A stretch of 64,000 nt of DNA from Giardia intestinalis (lineage: Eukaryota). The position numbers and the translations under genes were made by a program. The first letter of the stretch is position 1; every line of letters starts with the position of its first letter. Below the pieces are notes generated by a model. The model saw nothing but the letters and a program-made list of their open reading frames with translations. It ran no database searches and was not told the origin of the DNA. The stretch lies in the NCBI GenBank assembly GCA_000002435.2, contig CM018790.1; one strand, written 5' to 3'. Of the stretch, positions 10,646-19,263 are shown piece after piece.

Positions 10646-11634
10646 TACGGGCATCGATCGTTGCCATTAACAATGTTACACAGCAGGCAGGTGCTATGGA
10701 TCATGTGGGCTTTATGACACTTGAGCTGTGCAACAGAATATCGGGGATCAGAGAGTGGCAGTTGACACAGCACGCAAAGGTCGTCTGAAGCTGCACAGGG
10801 TGTTCCACGGCGGTGACACGTGTCGCACTTTCGGCAGTGTTCCCAGCCGTACTCGGTAGTGAAGACCATGCACTTGGAGCACCCATGGCGAAACAATAAC
10901 CCTCCACACCCTGTACATGGGACCTCGTCTTTATCAGTTTCACAGTTATGGATAGAGTGGTCCAAGTGACAGTGCATGCACTCAATGGTGTCTACTTTGG
11001 TCCAATCAACAGGGTCAATTATCTGGTTATCTAGAAGCACCGTCTCGTAGCAAGCCTTGCAGGACACTTTGGTTGATGATTCAAATCCAAGGGAGGAGTT
11101 TAACCCCTCCACTCTTAGAAGCACACCTGTCATACAGTGATCGCACCCTTGGGTATATCCCATGTAGAGTAGCAAAAACGACGGATTGCCTTCTATGTAG
11201 CTACGCCTTAGCTGTCTGGGATCATTGCACGATTCCAAATGGTTCGAGAGAACGTCCCAAAAGCTCCTCTGAGTTACCTTATCAGCTACGTCACCTGGCA
11301 GAGCGTAAATGACTAGCCCGTGCAGGTAAGTCGAAGCAATGTCTCGCAGCTGCGGCTCGATGATAAAGTATATGTGGGTATCGAGATGCTTGATGCTTTC
11401 AGCAGGCTCGTCATACTGTAAGTGCATAGCCTTCAGAACTGTGCACACACTTGGAAAATGCTTCGTAGAAACCTCTTCAGAAGTAAATGAAACTTCTGTC
11501 ATGCATGCCTCAAAAGATGGGACACTGGCCTGTGCTGCCCGAAACACCCGCTCCCCAAGGGCCTTGTCAACAAACTGCCCCGGCCACAGAAGGTATCCGA
11601 GTGTGCTTTCTTGATACTTGAACAGGTGCTGCAT
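10603..11634 (-). CDS. Cys/His-rich zinc-finger protein, truncated paralog of the CHY/RING (Pirh2-like) gene at 17666-19192
   Basis: C-terminus reads CTGCGGLLFRHGCSKC...EHCRKCDTCH...CVLCQLPL...LKCHKAHMIHSTCLLC...CPYHCG. This parallels the CTCHY plus RING-H2 portion of the downstream paralog. ATG at 11634. Its 3' end overlaps the previous gene by 43 nt. Confidence 0.5.
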   Translation of the reverse strand: MQHLFKYQESTLGYLLWPGQFVDKALGERVFRAAQASVPSFEACMTEVSFTSEEVSTKHFPSVCTVLKAMHLQYDEPAESIKHLDTHIYFIIEPQLRDIASTYLHGLVIYALPGDVADKVTQRSFWDVLSNHLESCNDPRQLRRSYIEGNPSFLLLYMGYTQGCDHCMTGVLLRVEGLNSSLGFESSTKVSCKACYETVLLDNQIIDPVDWTKVDTIECMHCHLDHSIHNCETDKDEVPCTGCGGLLFRHGCSKCMVFTTEYGWEHCRKCDTCHRRGTPCAASDDLCVLCQLPLSDPRYSVAQLKCHKAHMIHSTCLLCNIVNGNDRCPYHCGSVFTAVKGVA

Positions 11635-11654
11635 GTAAGAGGATTTACTAAAGC

Positions 11655-14465
11655 TTACCAGCCGCCGTAGCCCCCGCCAGACGTATTGTCGTACCCACCA
11701 TAACCGCCGGAGGTGTTGTCGTAACCGCCGTACCCACCGGTCGCCCCGGAATCGTAGCCACCGGTTGTCCCAGAGTCATAACCGCCATAGTTCCCGTAGC
11801 CACCATAGCCGCCAGCTCCACTATCGTAGCCTCCGCCGTAGCCAGTATTCTGCGCATTGTATCCGCCGTACCCGTCGTTGTTCTGGCCCCATGCGTTGTA
11901 TCCTGTACCCTCAACCCCCGTGTTATCAACATGGCCTTGCGTGACCTCACCATAACCGCCGGCTGCTTGGGGTGCTGCTTGAGGAATGTGAGGCTGCTGC
12001 TCTGGCATCATTTGCTGTTGCTGCTGTTGCATAGGCTGCTGGTACTGTTGCTGCATTGGTTGCTGCATCTGGTTCTGCTGAACTTGCGGCTGCTGTGCTG
12101 CAGCTTGTGTCTGGGCAGCCGGGTTTGTCGGCGGCTTGAAATTCTGAACCCGAGAATATGCGTCTTTATCTACAAGATTGAAGCATTCGCTGCACGTCCT
12201 GCGGATCTGCTCAAGATCCTGTGCTGTCTCGAGGCCAGGATGATTGATGCCCTTCAGCAGCGCCGGGAGAAACAGCATAGATATCGACTTAGCTGTGCAT
12301 CGCGTGTAGACCTTTTGGGTGAATTCAGCGAAGTATACGACGGCCTTTGGACTCTTGATGATGGGGTCTATCATTCCGTAGATGGCTGGAAGAACTGTTT
12401 CTGCAATATCGTTATCTTGAAGATATGCAATGATGACTGCAAGACATCGGAGACAGGACCCCATCATGGCGTCCGTAGAGGACCCACCCATGAGCCCGAT
12501 GATTTTTGGAGTCAGGGACTTAACAAACGGCTGGGTATACCTGTCAGTGAAGGTCGATATAGTATTGTCCTGCTTCTCTGGGGCTTGCTGAGCCGCCGTA
12601 CCAGCCATCAACGACTCCCTAGAATGGTCCATCATCCAGCACGTGACGTCACCAATGAACGGAGCACACGCAGCAATTGCAGCCAGAGCCTTCTCCTGAA
12701 TCATAGCATTCTTGCTCGAGAGGCAGGAAACCAAAAAGTTAAGATAGCTATAATGCGAGCGAGCCCCAACCTTCTTGTTCGTGAAGAAGGAGGCATACTC
12801 CAGAAGCACGAAGATCACCGTGGTGATTACGCTCTCCTGGTCTGTGTTTATCTGCTTATCGAAGTTGGGAATAAACTTAGTGCGCTCCTTCGTTGACTTA
12901 TCCATGGGTATATCCATATACGGTGTCTGGTACATGAACAGCCTTCCATAGACTTCGATACCCGATGTCCACGCTTGCTGCGTGCTGTGGGTCCCAGGAA
13001 ACTTGGAGCGGTGGTCCGTAAGTGTACATGCAAGAACAATGGGTTCCAGCAGGATGTACAGCTGGTCAGCAGGGATCTCTAACATGTAGGAGTACTGGAT
13101 CAGAAGAGGCACGGTGTATCGATAAATGTCTCTACGAGACAACATGCTAACGATACGAGGCCATATAGCCGCCATGGTGAGATCGACACTCAACATCCGC
13201 TTTTCCAGGCATATGGGGAGCATCTTGGTCAGGAACTGAACCGTTCGTTCCATGATGTTTGAGTCTCCGCTATTCGCTGGGGTCGATGCAGTAAACACCA
13301 TCTCCTTCTTGAGCTCCATGATCTCGTTGGCCACGCGAGCGACGGAGTTCTTGGACAGGAATTCTGTATACATTTGACCGCAATCGCACTCCTCACGAGA
13401 GGCAGCCCACAGGCTTGGCATCGCCGCTTCCATCTGGGAAAGGCAGACCTGCTCGGTGGCATTAATAGTCTGTGTCATGCTATACCATTTCGGAACGGTT
13501 GCCGCATTCTGGGCTGCCGCCGCGGGGCTGATGACGTTTGTAGTGGTCGGTAAACTTGCGCCGAACATCTTGGCACTCTCCTCGCAAAGCTCCTCGGTGC
13601 TCATATGCTGCATGCAGGGGGATGAGCTGCTGTACTTGCACGGGCGTCCACCAAAGATGGTGTAAATGCACGAGGCAAGCTGGAAGGCGTCGGAAACCTT
13701 GCTCGCCTTTTTGTTCTGGAGCATGGACGGACTCATAAAGTGTGCACACGGCCGAGTGAGGGCGCCGGAGTCAGAAGAGAATTCAAAGTTGATCCCCCCT
13801 GGAAGGCAACACGAAAAGCCGACCAGGCGCCACTCCCCGCGCGGAGTGATGGCTATGTTCGCAGGGGTAAGGTTGCCGAAGACGTATCCGTCGTTCTGGA
13901 GAATGCTCAGAGAGCGGAGCAGTGTCATGTACCCATAGGCAATGGAGTCTGGCTGAACATACTGCAGTAGATTTGTGAATGGGTTCGCAGAATAGATGCG
14001 AGGATTAGCGTTGGCAAGCATTTCGTGGTCTGCCTTACGCTTAATGACGTTCAGGCATGTGTGGCCGAACAGCTTATAAAGGGAAGAAAGGGTGCCAACC
14101 AGCGGCTCGGTGACATAGTAGAGGCAATTATTTTCTTCTTGGAGCTGCTCTAGGATGATCAGTATTTCCTTCGCATTCTTCCCGGGAACTGCCGCGTCTT
14201 TGTTGATGAAACTGAAGAACTGCTTAGAGAGGTTGTCTGCCTTCCCGAAGACAAACTTCTCGACGAGCTTCTTCTCTATAACAAAGACCGTCCCGAAGGC
14301 ATTGGACTTCTTGTTCCTTCCAGAGTACATATGCCAGATACCAAAGGTACCTCCAAACCCCAATTGCTTCTCGAGCTCCCACTCCTTGAGTTTAATCTTC
14401 GGCGCATTGGGCGTTGCGCGGGGCTCTATGCGCGATTTGAAGTAGGCTGGAGCTTGTTGCTGCAT
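11655..14465 (-). CDS. SCY1-like pseudokinase with HEAT repeats and a C-terminal polyQ plus Gly/Tyr-rich low-complexity tail
   Basis: N-terminus has LGFGGTFGIWHMYSG...AFGTVFVIEKK...ITPRGEWRLVGFSCCL, compare SCYL1 VSIFVYDVK...AGEWKLGGLDY. A helical-repeat body follows. C-terminus is a Q-rich run followed by (GGYGGYDNTS)-type repeats. ATG at 14465. Confidence 0.7.
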   Translation of the reverse strand: MQQQAPAYFKSRIEPRATPNAPKIKLKEWELEKQLGFGGTFGIWHMYSGRNKKSNAFGTVFVIEKKLVEKFVFGKADNLSKQFFSFINKDAAVPGKNAKEILIILEQLQEENNCLYYVTEPLVGTLSSLYKLFGHTCLNVIKRKADHEMLANANPRIYSANPFTNLLQYVQPDSIAYGYMTLLRSLSILQNDGYVFGNLTPANIAITPRGEWRLVGFSCCLPGGINFEFSSDSGALTRPCAHFMSPSMLQNKKASKVSDAFQLASCIYTIFGGRPCKYSSSSPCMQHMSTEELCEESAKMFGASLPTTTNVISPAAAAQNAATVPKWYSMTQTINATEQVCLSQMEAAMPSLWAASREECDCGQMYTEFLSKNSVARVANEIMELKKEMVFTASTPANSGDSNIMERTVQFLTKMLPICLEKRMLSVDLTMAAIWPRIVSMLSRRDIYRYTVPLLIQYSYMLEIPADQLYILLEPIVLACTLTDHRSKFPGTHSTQQAWTSGIEVYGRLFMYQTPYMDIPMDKSTKERTKFIPNFDKQINTDQESVITTVIFVLLEYASFFTNKKVGARSHYSYLNFLVSCLSSKNAMIQEKALAAIAACAPFIGDVTCWMMDHSRESLMAGTAAQQAPEKQDNTISTFTDRYTQPFVKSLTPKIIGLMGGSSTDAMMGSCLRCLAVIIAYLQDNDIAETVLPAIYGMIDPIIKSPKAVVYFAEFTQKVYTRCTAKSISMLFLPALLKGINHPGLETAQDLEQIRRTCSECFNLVDKDAYSRVQNFKPPTNPAAQTQAAAQQPQVQQNQMQQPMQQQYQQPMQQQQQQMMPEQQPHIPQAAPQAAGGYGEVTQGHVDNTGVEGTGYNAWGQNNDGYGGYNAQNTGYGGGYDSGAGGYGGYGNYGGYDSGTTGGYDSGATGGYGGYDNTSGGYGGYDNTSGGGYGGW
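11658..11960 (-). repeat. imperfect tandem codon repeats encoding (G-G-Y-[G/D]-[S/N/T]) units (prion-like GY-rich tail of the SCY1-like gene)
   Basis: Plus strand shows repeated gtagccaccg/gtaaccgcc/gtacccacc units. The protein reads GYGGYNAQNTGYGGGYDSGAGGYGGYGNYGGYDSGTTGGYDSGATGGYGGYDNTSGGYGGYDNTSGGGYGGW. Confidence 0.8.
11975..12125 (-). repeat. CAG/CAA-rich (polyQ-encoding) tract
   Basis: Plus strand is tgctgctgttgc-rich. The protein reads QQPQVQQNQMQQPMQQQYQQPMQQQQQQMM. On the opposite strand it generates a spurious poly-Leu ORF (11931..12896). Confidence 0.8.
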
Positions 14466-14674
14466 GGGCCTTTTTTGATTCCGTTATTTTTTAAAGGGGC
14501 GACCGCAAAAAATGTGCCGTATCGGCCTCCTCCAAAGGTATATTACTGCTGCGGCGTGATTTAAGTACGCAGTCATCTTAGGCTGGGATTTACTAGGCTA
14601 CTTTATTGATAAAACGTGGCAGCAAAGACTGCATTCTACGAGTATTCAATCTACAAAAACTTTTCATGGAGATA

Positions 14675-16273
14675 TCAACTTTCTATGTCTTTCAAAATAC
14701 TTTCGAGATATTCTGAAAGTTTTTCAATGTCTTCCTTTTTGTGTTTTATTGTGACGGAAACACGAATTGTCTTATCATCAACAATGCCAACAAGGTACCG
14801 GTCACCGCTTCTGTGACAAAGAAGATTGTCTTGAATGGCTGCGCTTGTTATGGATTCCGGGAGCTGAATAAACACGGCAGGAAACCCTGGTATTCCGACA
14901 AACGGTATACCTGCAGAGAGAAGCATTTTGTGCAGGGTCAATGCGGATTCGTGAAGAGCCGGCAGAACGTTGGGTATTTGTCGCAGTGTGTACCTAGCAC
15001 ACTCGCAAAGACCTGGGGGTGCACTAGCGCTGAAGCAGTACCCAAGGCCCATGTTTCTCTGCTGTTCCACTAGATGCAGCGCGCCCGTACAAATGCCTCC
15101 CAGGCCGGAAAATGCATGCTCCAATGAGCTAGCGACAAGATCGAAGTGGTGATAACCCGTGGCATAGCCCATGTCACACCAGAACTCTGGAACCCCGCGC
15201 CCCTCTGAGCCCAGGACACCTAGTCCAAGACCTTCGTTGAGGAAGATCCTCACGTGGTTGGTTTCGCAAACAGACAAGATCTCGGGAAGGCACAATATCC
15301 CATCCTTAGTGATGGTGTCTGCCACCAGCCAGCAGGTGTTTTTGGCTTCTGCTGAAGCTGCTTTGAGAACAGGCTCTACATCCCTTCTGATTTTTCGTAG
15401 CTCTTTCTGTACTTCATCACTTGTTAAGTACTTACACATGGCGTTCTTCAAGCTGCTTGTGCATTCTTTGATGCTACCATCACTGATGTGGAGCTCGTCT
15501 GAGAGTTGTTGTAAGTTGAGGTACGGAAGGTGAAGCGTGACAACCTTCGCGCCACAAAGAGCCGCAGCCCTCGCTATCTCAAGGCTGTGGACCTCTGGAA
15601 TTATGAGAACATCTCCCTTGCCGCAGAGAATTGGTAAAGCAGACGGAATTACCACAGCTGCACTGGGATACAGAATCGCGGGTTGATTGAGAAAAGCAGT
15701 GAATTCGCGCTCAACCATGATGTGCGGCGTTAGCGTGCCGAAGAATCCTCGGGGGCCGCATGAGCCCACGCCATAACGCTCTATAGCTCCTAGCACGTGC
15801 TGCTGTGCTTCTGGATCTGTGGCGATGCATAGAAAGTCGGTTGTTGCGCAGTCTATCACGGACGTATTTACGTCTTCTTGTAGCTTCTTCTCGTCAGTAG
15901 AAGAGTAGTTGTCATTTTTAGGCCAGTCTGGAGGGGCCAGATAGAGCCTTGTGGCATCTCGTCGAATTACCACAATTGGCTTGTTGGGCTGAACCACCGA
16001 AGGGATGGGCTGAAGCCTTCGAGACTCCCTTGACTCTTTTCCATCAGTTGAGCCTTCGTGTATCTTCTGTTTGAGCCTTTTCTTACTTCCAGGGGATTCA
16101 GCTGATCTGCTCAGGAGCATCATTGCAATAGCTGTGCATATGGTAATTGTTAGCACAGGATAGGTGGCCATCTCCGGGCTTTTTTGTCCCATTAGCTGTA
16201 GACCGTACGACAAGCACAGCGGTAGATGTGCCCATTTGATCAAAAAACCGCCAAAAAAACTTAATCCCGACAT
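14675..16273 (-). CDS. serine palmitoyltransferase subunit 1 (LCB1/SPTLC1-like; class II aminotransferase lacking the PLP lysine)
   Basis: Matches SPTLC1 blocks: YGVGSCGPRGFFGT, RIFLNEGLGLGVLGSEGRGV, SSLEHAFSGLGGICTG (no Lys, as in LCB1), GLGYCFSASAPP. There is an N-terminal TM segment. Confidence 0.8.
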   Translation of the reverse strand: MSGLSFFGGFLIKWAHLPLCLSYGLQLMGQKSPEMATYPVLTITICTAIAMMLLSRSAESPGSKKRLKQKIHEGSTDGKESRESRRLQPIPSVVQPNKPIVVIRRDATRLYLAPPDWPKNDNYSSTDEKKLQEDVNTSVIDCATTDFLCIATDPEAQQHVLGAIERYGVGSCGPRGFFGTLTPHIMVEREFTAFLNQPAILYPSAAVVIPSALPILCGKGDVLIIPEVHSLEIARAAALCGAKVVTLHLPYLNLQQLSDELHISDGSIKECTSSLKNAMCKYLTSDEVQKELRKIRRDVEPVLKAASAEAKNTCWLVADTITKDGILCLPEILSVCETNHVRIFLNEGLGLGVLGSEGRGVPEFWCDMGYATGYHHFDLVASSLEHAFSGLGGICTGALHLVEQQRNMGLGYCFSASAPPGLCECARYTLRQIPNVLPALHESALTLHKMLLSAGIPFVGIPGFPAVFIQLPESITSAAIQDNLLCHRSGDRYLVGIVDDKTIRVSVTIKHKKEDIEKLSEYLESILKDIES

Positions 16274-16282
16274 TTAAATGTC
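16269..16282. promoter_or_regulatory. perfect 14-bp palindrome GACATTTAAATGTC containing both divergent start codons (LCB1 minus-strand ATG 16273..16271 and FHA ATG 16278..16280)
   Basis: Read directly: g a c a t t t a a a t g t c is its own reverse complement. The A/T-rich core TTTAAA sits between the two ATGs, consistent with Giardia-type initiator elements immediately at the start codon. Confidence 0.6.
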
Positions 16283-17597
16283 AGCGGAGAACGGCATCAC
16301 AGCCTGGGTTAATTCCCTACGGGAGTCGACTGAGAAGCGCTTTTTCTTAGGACACATTAAAGAGTCTGCTAATACTGACGCAGAATACGACAAGCCGGCA
16401 GCGTTCCGCGTCTGCCTCTTTGGTCGAGCGCACATGGCAGATATTCACCTGGCAGATTGCTATTGCTCCAGGCAGCATGCTCTCATCTATTTCAACGAGG
16501 GAACTCCCATGATAAGGGATCTAGACAGCCGAACAGGCACCACAGTCAACAACATCGTTCTTGTCGGGGGGAGGGATTATCCTCTCACGCATGGAGACAT
16601 CATCTCGGTCGTTGGCCAGAGGTTCGCTTTCATCTACGAAGAGGAGAAGCCACAGGAGCACGACGTCGACCGGAACCTTCCGGTTGTTTCTATGGCCACC
16701 CACTCGTGCCCGTACTGCCAAAAATTCATCCCTGAGTTCTCTGTCGAGCTCGAGGCCTTACAGCAGCAGACAGAGAAGGTTCTGAAGGAGCTGCTGGCGA
16801 TGGAGGTATCCTACAGAACCAGCAGAATTATAACCGAGAAGTTATTCGAAAAGATTGAGCTCGTCAAGCACCATCACGATGCATATCATCACGAGCTTCT
16901 CGTGGAGGCCAAGGAGCGGCGCATACACGAGCTGGAGGCCACAAGGGTGGCCGGGGCGAGCGTCGTAATGGGCCGCTCACGCATTGTCATGGACCCAGAT
17001 GAGGATGACGGCAACGACACAGACAGTCTGTCCAAAACTCACGATGATACAGAGCCCGAACTGAAGAGGCGAGGAAGCCTGAAGGTAGACGATCTGGCCG
17101 TTTCAAAGGCCGCTGAAAAGCAGAAAAAGAAGGTCGCCTTTCTCCAGAAGTCAGAGCACATAGGAGATACAGATAAGGATACAGATAAGAAATCGGGAAT
17201 ACTGAACAGCATTATGTCATCCGTAGCCTTCTGGAAGAAGCCTCTTCCTACTGACAAGAATAAGCAGCCAATAGCAAGCCAAGCAAGTCAAGAGAAGAGT
17301 GACAGTGACTATATAGACAGCCGGGGTGGTAATGATGATCAGAGTGATAGTTATAGCTATAGCTACAGCAGTACTGGCAACAGTGGTAATGGTGATGGCA
17401 ATAGCAGCAGCAGCGAAGATGAGAGCAGCAGCGATAGCGATGCTGGAGAGGAGCGCGTGGAACTGCGTTCTTACAACGGACCAAGCGAACCAAAGCCCGG
17501 GGCGAAGAACGAAGTGATCAAACCTAAGGGAAAGGCCTACGGCAAGGACACTCCTGCTCCTCCACGATATGAGTTCGATGATGAAAGTGAGGACTGA
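16278..17597 (+). CDS. FHA-domain protein with coiled-coil and an acidic Ser/Asp-rich C-terminal tail
   Basis: FHA signature at residues about 45-120: FRVCLFGR...ADIHLADCYCSRQHALIYF...DLDSRTGTTVNNIVL...LTHGDIISVV. ATG at 16278, 4 bp from the divergent LCB1 start. Confidence 0.7.
   Translation: MSAENGITAWVNSLRESTEKRFFLGHIKESANTDAEYDKPAAFRVCLFGRAHMADIHLADCYCSRQHALIYFNEGTPMIRDLDSRTGTTVNNIVLVGGRDYPLTHGDIISVVGQRFAFIYEEEKPQEHDVDRNLPVVSMATHSCPYCQKFIPEFSVELEALQQQTEKVLKELLAMEVSYRTSRIITEKLFEKIELVKHHHDAYHHELLVEAKERRIHELEATRVAGASVVMGRSRIVMDPDEDDGNDTDSLSKTHDDTEPELKRRGSLKVDDLAVSKAAEKQKKKVAFLQKSEHIGDTDKDTDKKSGILNSIMSSVAFWKKPLPTDKNKQPIASQASQEKSDSDYIDSRGGNDDQSDSYSYSYSSTGNSGNGDGNSSSSEDESSSDSDAGEERVELRSYNGPSEPKPGAKNEVIKPKGKAYGKDTPAPPRYEFDDESED
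17296..17450 (+). repeat. AGC/AGT/GAT microsatellite-like tract encoding a Ser/Asp/Gly-rich acidic tail (SDSYSYSYSS...SSSSEDESSSDSD)
   Basis: agtgatagttatagctatagctacagcagtactggcaacagtggtaatggtgatggcaatagcagcagcagcgaagatgagagcagcagcgatagcgat. Spurious antisense ORFs 17217..17735 and 17248..17493 derive from it. Confidence 0.7.
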
Positions 17598-17665
17598 GGC
17601 CTGTACAGTATACCCTACGATGATTGTACGAATGTAAATACTCGCATATATTAAGGTTAATGTAG

Positions 17666-19192
17666 TCAAGTGCTGGCTGGAGGATTGTGCGGCGAGATGC
17701 TGGTGAAGAGAATGGGGTGTGTATAGACCAACCATTCGGTCTCAGCAACGAATTGCATTACAAGCGTGCTTTCGGAATAATTGGGATAATCAGCCCTAGT
17801 GTAAAGAGAGAATGATGATGCGGACATAGCGGTACACGAGGACTGATTGAGCCACCAGGGAATGCTGGCAACTAATGTCTCAACTAAATCAGAAGGCATG
17901 GTGATCCGCTTAAGCTCTATTGTGTTACATCCAAAACAGCAGTGACTGAATTGCATGTCATCAGCGCCCAAGTAAAGGTTGAAGGCCAACTTTCCGCAAT
18001 CTACACACGACACGATGACAATGGTTTTGTAAGAGGTCCAGCTAAATACGTGTTCCCTAAAATACGCGTGAGCATAGGCCGTTATACAGTAGTAGCTGTC
18101 TCGCTCACCAACTATCATCCCATCTAACGGGCACTTTTCCCCACTCTCTACCTCCTCGTTCACCCTATCGTAACACGAAGCATGGAGGAAGTGGCCAGCC
18201 GAACATGAAAGCTTGACAGTGGAGAGGTCTGTGTTTAGGGGAAGGAGACAAATGGGGCAATCTTCTGCATCTCCAGCCCGTGCACAATAATGATTTTCAT
18301 GTTCGTGAACAGAAACACAGCGGTCGCAATGGTCGCAATGAACGAAGGTCTCATAATCGAGGGGCATCAGGGACAAGATTTTGCAAGTGGCACAATATCT
18401 GGTAGTTAGCGCAGCTCCGCAGTTAACGCAGACCTCGCCAATTGGGCCATACTGCTGACATGTCCAGCATATGACTTCTTTGACATCCTTAGAAGAAAGT
18501 GTATGGTGATCCACTTCAAGGTCGTGGCAAAAGTGGCAAGGGAATGCAAACTTCTTGGCTCCATTACTCTTGCAGGTTGAACAAACGGAGCTGCAGGCAC
18601 GCCAATAATGCTGACACCCCGGGGCGGCCTCAAGGCGGTACTGCCCATAAACGAAGGGGTGTTCGCGCTCCCTGGCTGCAAGCACGTCACCGCAGCATCT
18701 GTTCTTGTAGCCATAGTCCCTGGTAACAGAGTACTTTGCATTGTAGTCGTCGCTCAAGCCAGCTATCTCGACCAAGCACGGCTCCGAAGACAGCGTAGCC
18801 GCATTTATCTGTTCCACGCGTTCAAAGTAAGAAAGGGTCTTCTCCGGCATCATATCAAAGAGGTCGTATGCCATGAACGGCAGAAAGTTCTGCAGCGGGT
18901 CGAAGAACTGGTGTCTTGTGGCGCGAAGCTCCATCCTCATCTCTGCATATGACTTGCTGGAATCGTAGAGGTTAAAGGGTATCATAGGCTCTATTGTGCT
19001 GAGCGAATCCTCGTATGCTTCTTTCTCTGCATCTGAGACGGCCAGAATAGGAACCTCACGTAGATAAATCCTATTCGCCTCCAAAAACCCGTGGGAGGGG
19101 TCTTTGAGGCGGAAGAGACTTGCTATTGCAATGGTTGCACCGTTCCAATTACCAGGGCAATTCTGCTGCAACACTCCTCTTCTTTCCGGCAT
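17666..19192 (-). CDS. CHY zinc finger / CTCHY / RING-H2 / zinc-ribbon E3 ubiquitin ligase (Pirh2/RCHY1-like) with a 165-aa N-terminal extension
   Basis: GCQHYWRAC (CHY), KDVKEVICWTCQQ, FVHCDHCDRC (CTCHY), CPICLLPL...LSCSAGHFLHASCY...EKCPLD (RING-H2), and a C-terminal CxxC...HCCFGC ribbon. This is the same domain order as human RCHY1. ATG at 19192. Confidence 0.75.
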   Translation of the reverse strand: MPERRGVLQQNCPGNWNGATIAIASLFRLKDPSHGFLEANRIYLREVPILAVSDAEKEAYEDSLSTIEPMIPFNLYDSSKSYAEMRMELRATRHQFFDPLQNFLPFMAYDLFDMMPEKTLSYFERVEQINAATLSSEPCLVEIAGLSDDYNAKYSVTRDYGYKNRCCGDVLAAREREHPFVYGQYRLEAAPGCQHYWRACSSVCSTCKSNGAKKFAFPCHFCHDLEVDHHTLSSKDVKEVICWTCQQYGPIGEVCVNCGAALTTRYCATCKILSLMPLDYETFVHCDHCDRCVSVHEHENHYCARAGDAEDCPICLLPLNTDLSTVKLSCSAGHFLHASCYDRVNEEVESGEKCPLDGMIVGERDSYYCITAYAHAYFREHVFSWTSYKTIVIVSCVDCGKLAFNLYLGADDMQFSHCCFGCNTIELKRITMPSDLVETLVASIPWWLNQSSCTAMSASSFSLYTRADYPNYSESTLVMQFVAETEWLVYTHPILFTSISPHNPPAST

Positions 19193-19263
19193 CTATCTGA
19201 AATGTCCCAGGTAAATTAAAAGGAAAAAGAGGAGGGGAGACCACTGCGCTGCTTAGCCTTGTA

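Noticed and set aside
11658-11960. Tandem repeats as a CRISPR-like array
   Set aside because: Repeats are 9-30 nt codon-level units within an open reading frame of a eukaryotic gene, with no spacer/repeat periodicity. No prokaryotic-style systems (cas, RM, TA) were seen anywhere in the window.
11931-12896. 321-aa plus-strand ORF beginning with poly-Leu
   Set aside because: It is the antisense reading of the CAG/CAA polyQ tract and HEAT region of the SCY1-like gene (LLLLLLHRLLVLLLHWLL...). A compositional artefact.
17217-17735. 172-aa and 81-aa minus-strand ORFs (17217..17735, 17248..17493)
   Set aside because: Antisense to the Ser/Asp microsatellite-like tail of the FHA gene. They are Cys/Tyr/His-rich nonsense from repeat DNA.
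19211-19263. Possible 53-nt intron (GTAAAT...TTGTAG) joining ATG 19202 to the signal-peptide frame
   Set aside because: Would fix the frame (53 = 2 mod 3). But the ends do not resemble the conserved spliceosomal intron boundaries reported for Giardia (GTATGT ... CTRACACACAG), and cis-introns are extremely rare there. A 1-nt indel is the more economical explanation.
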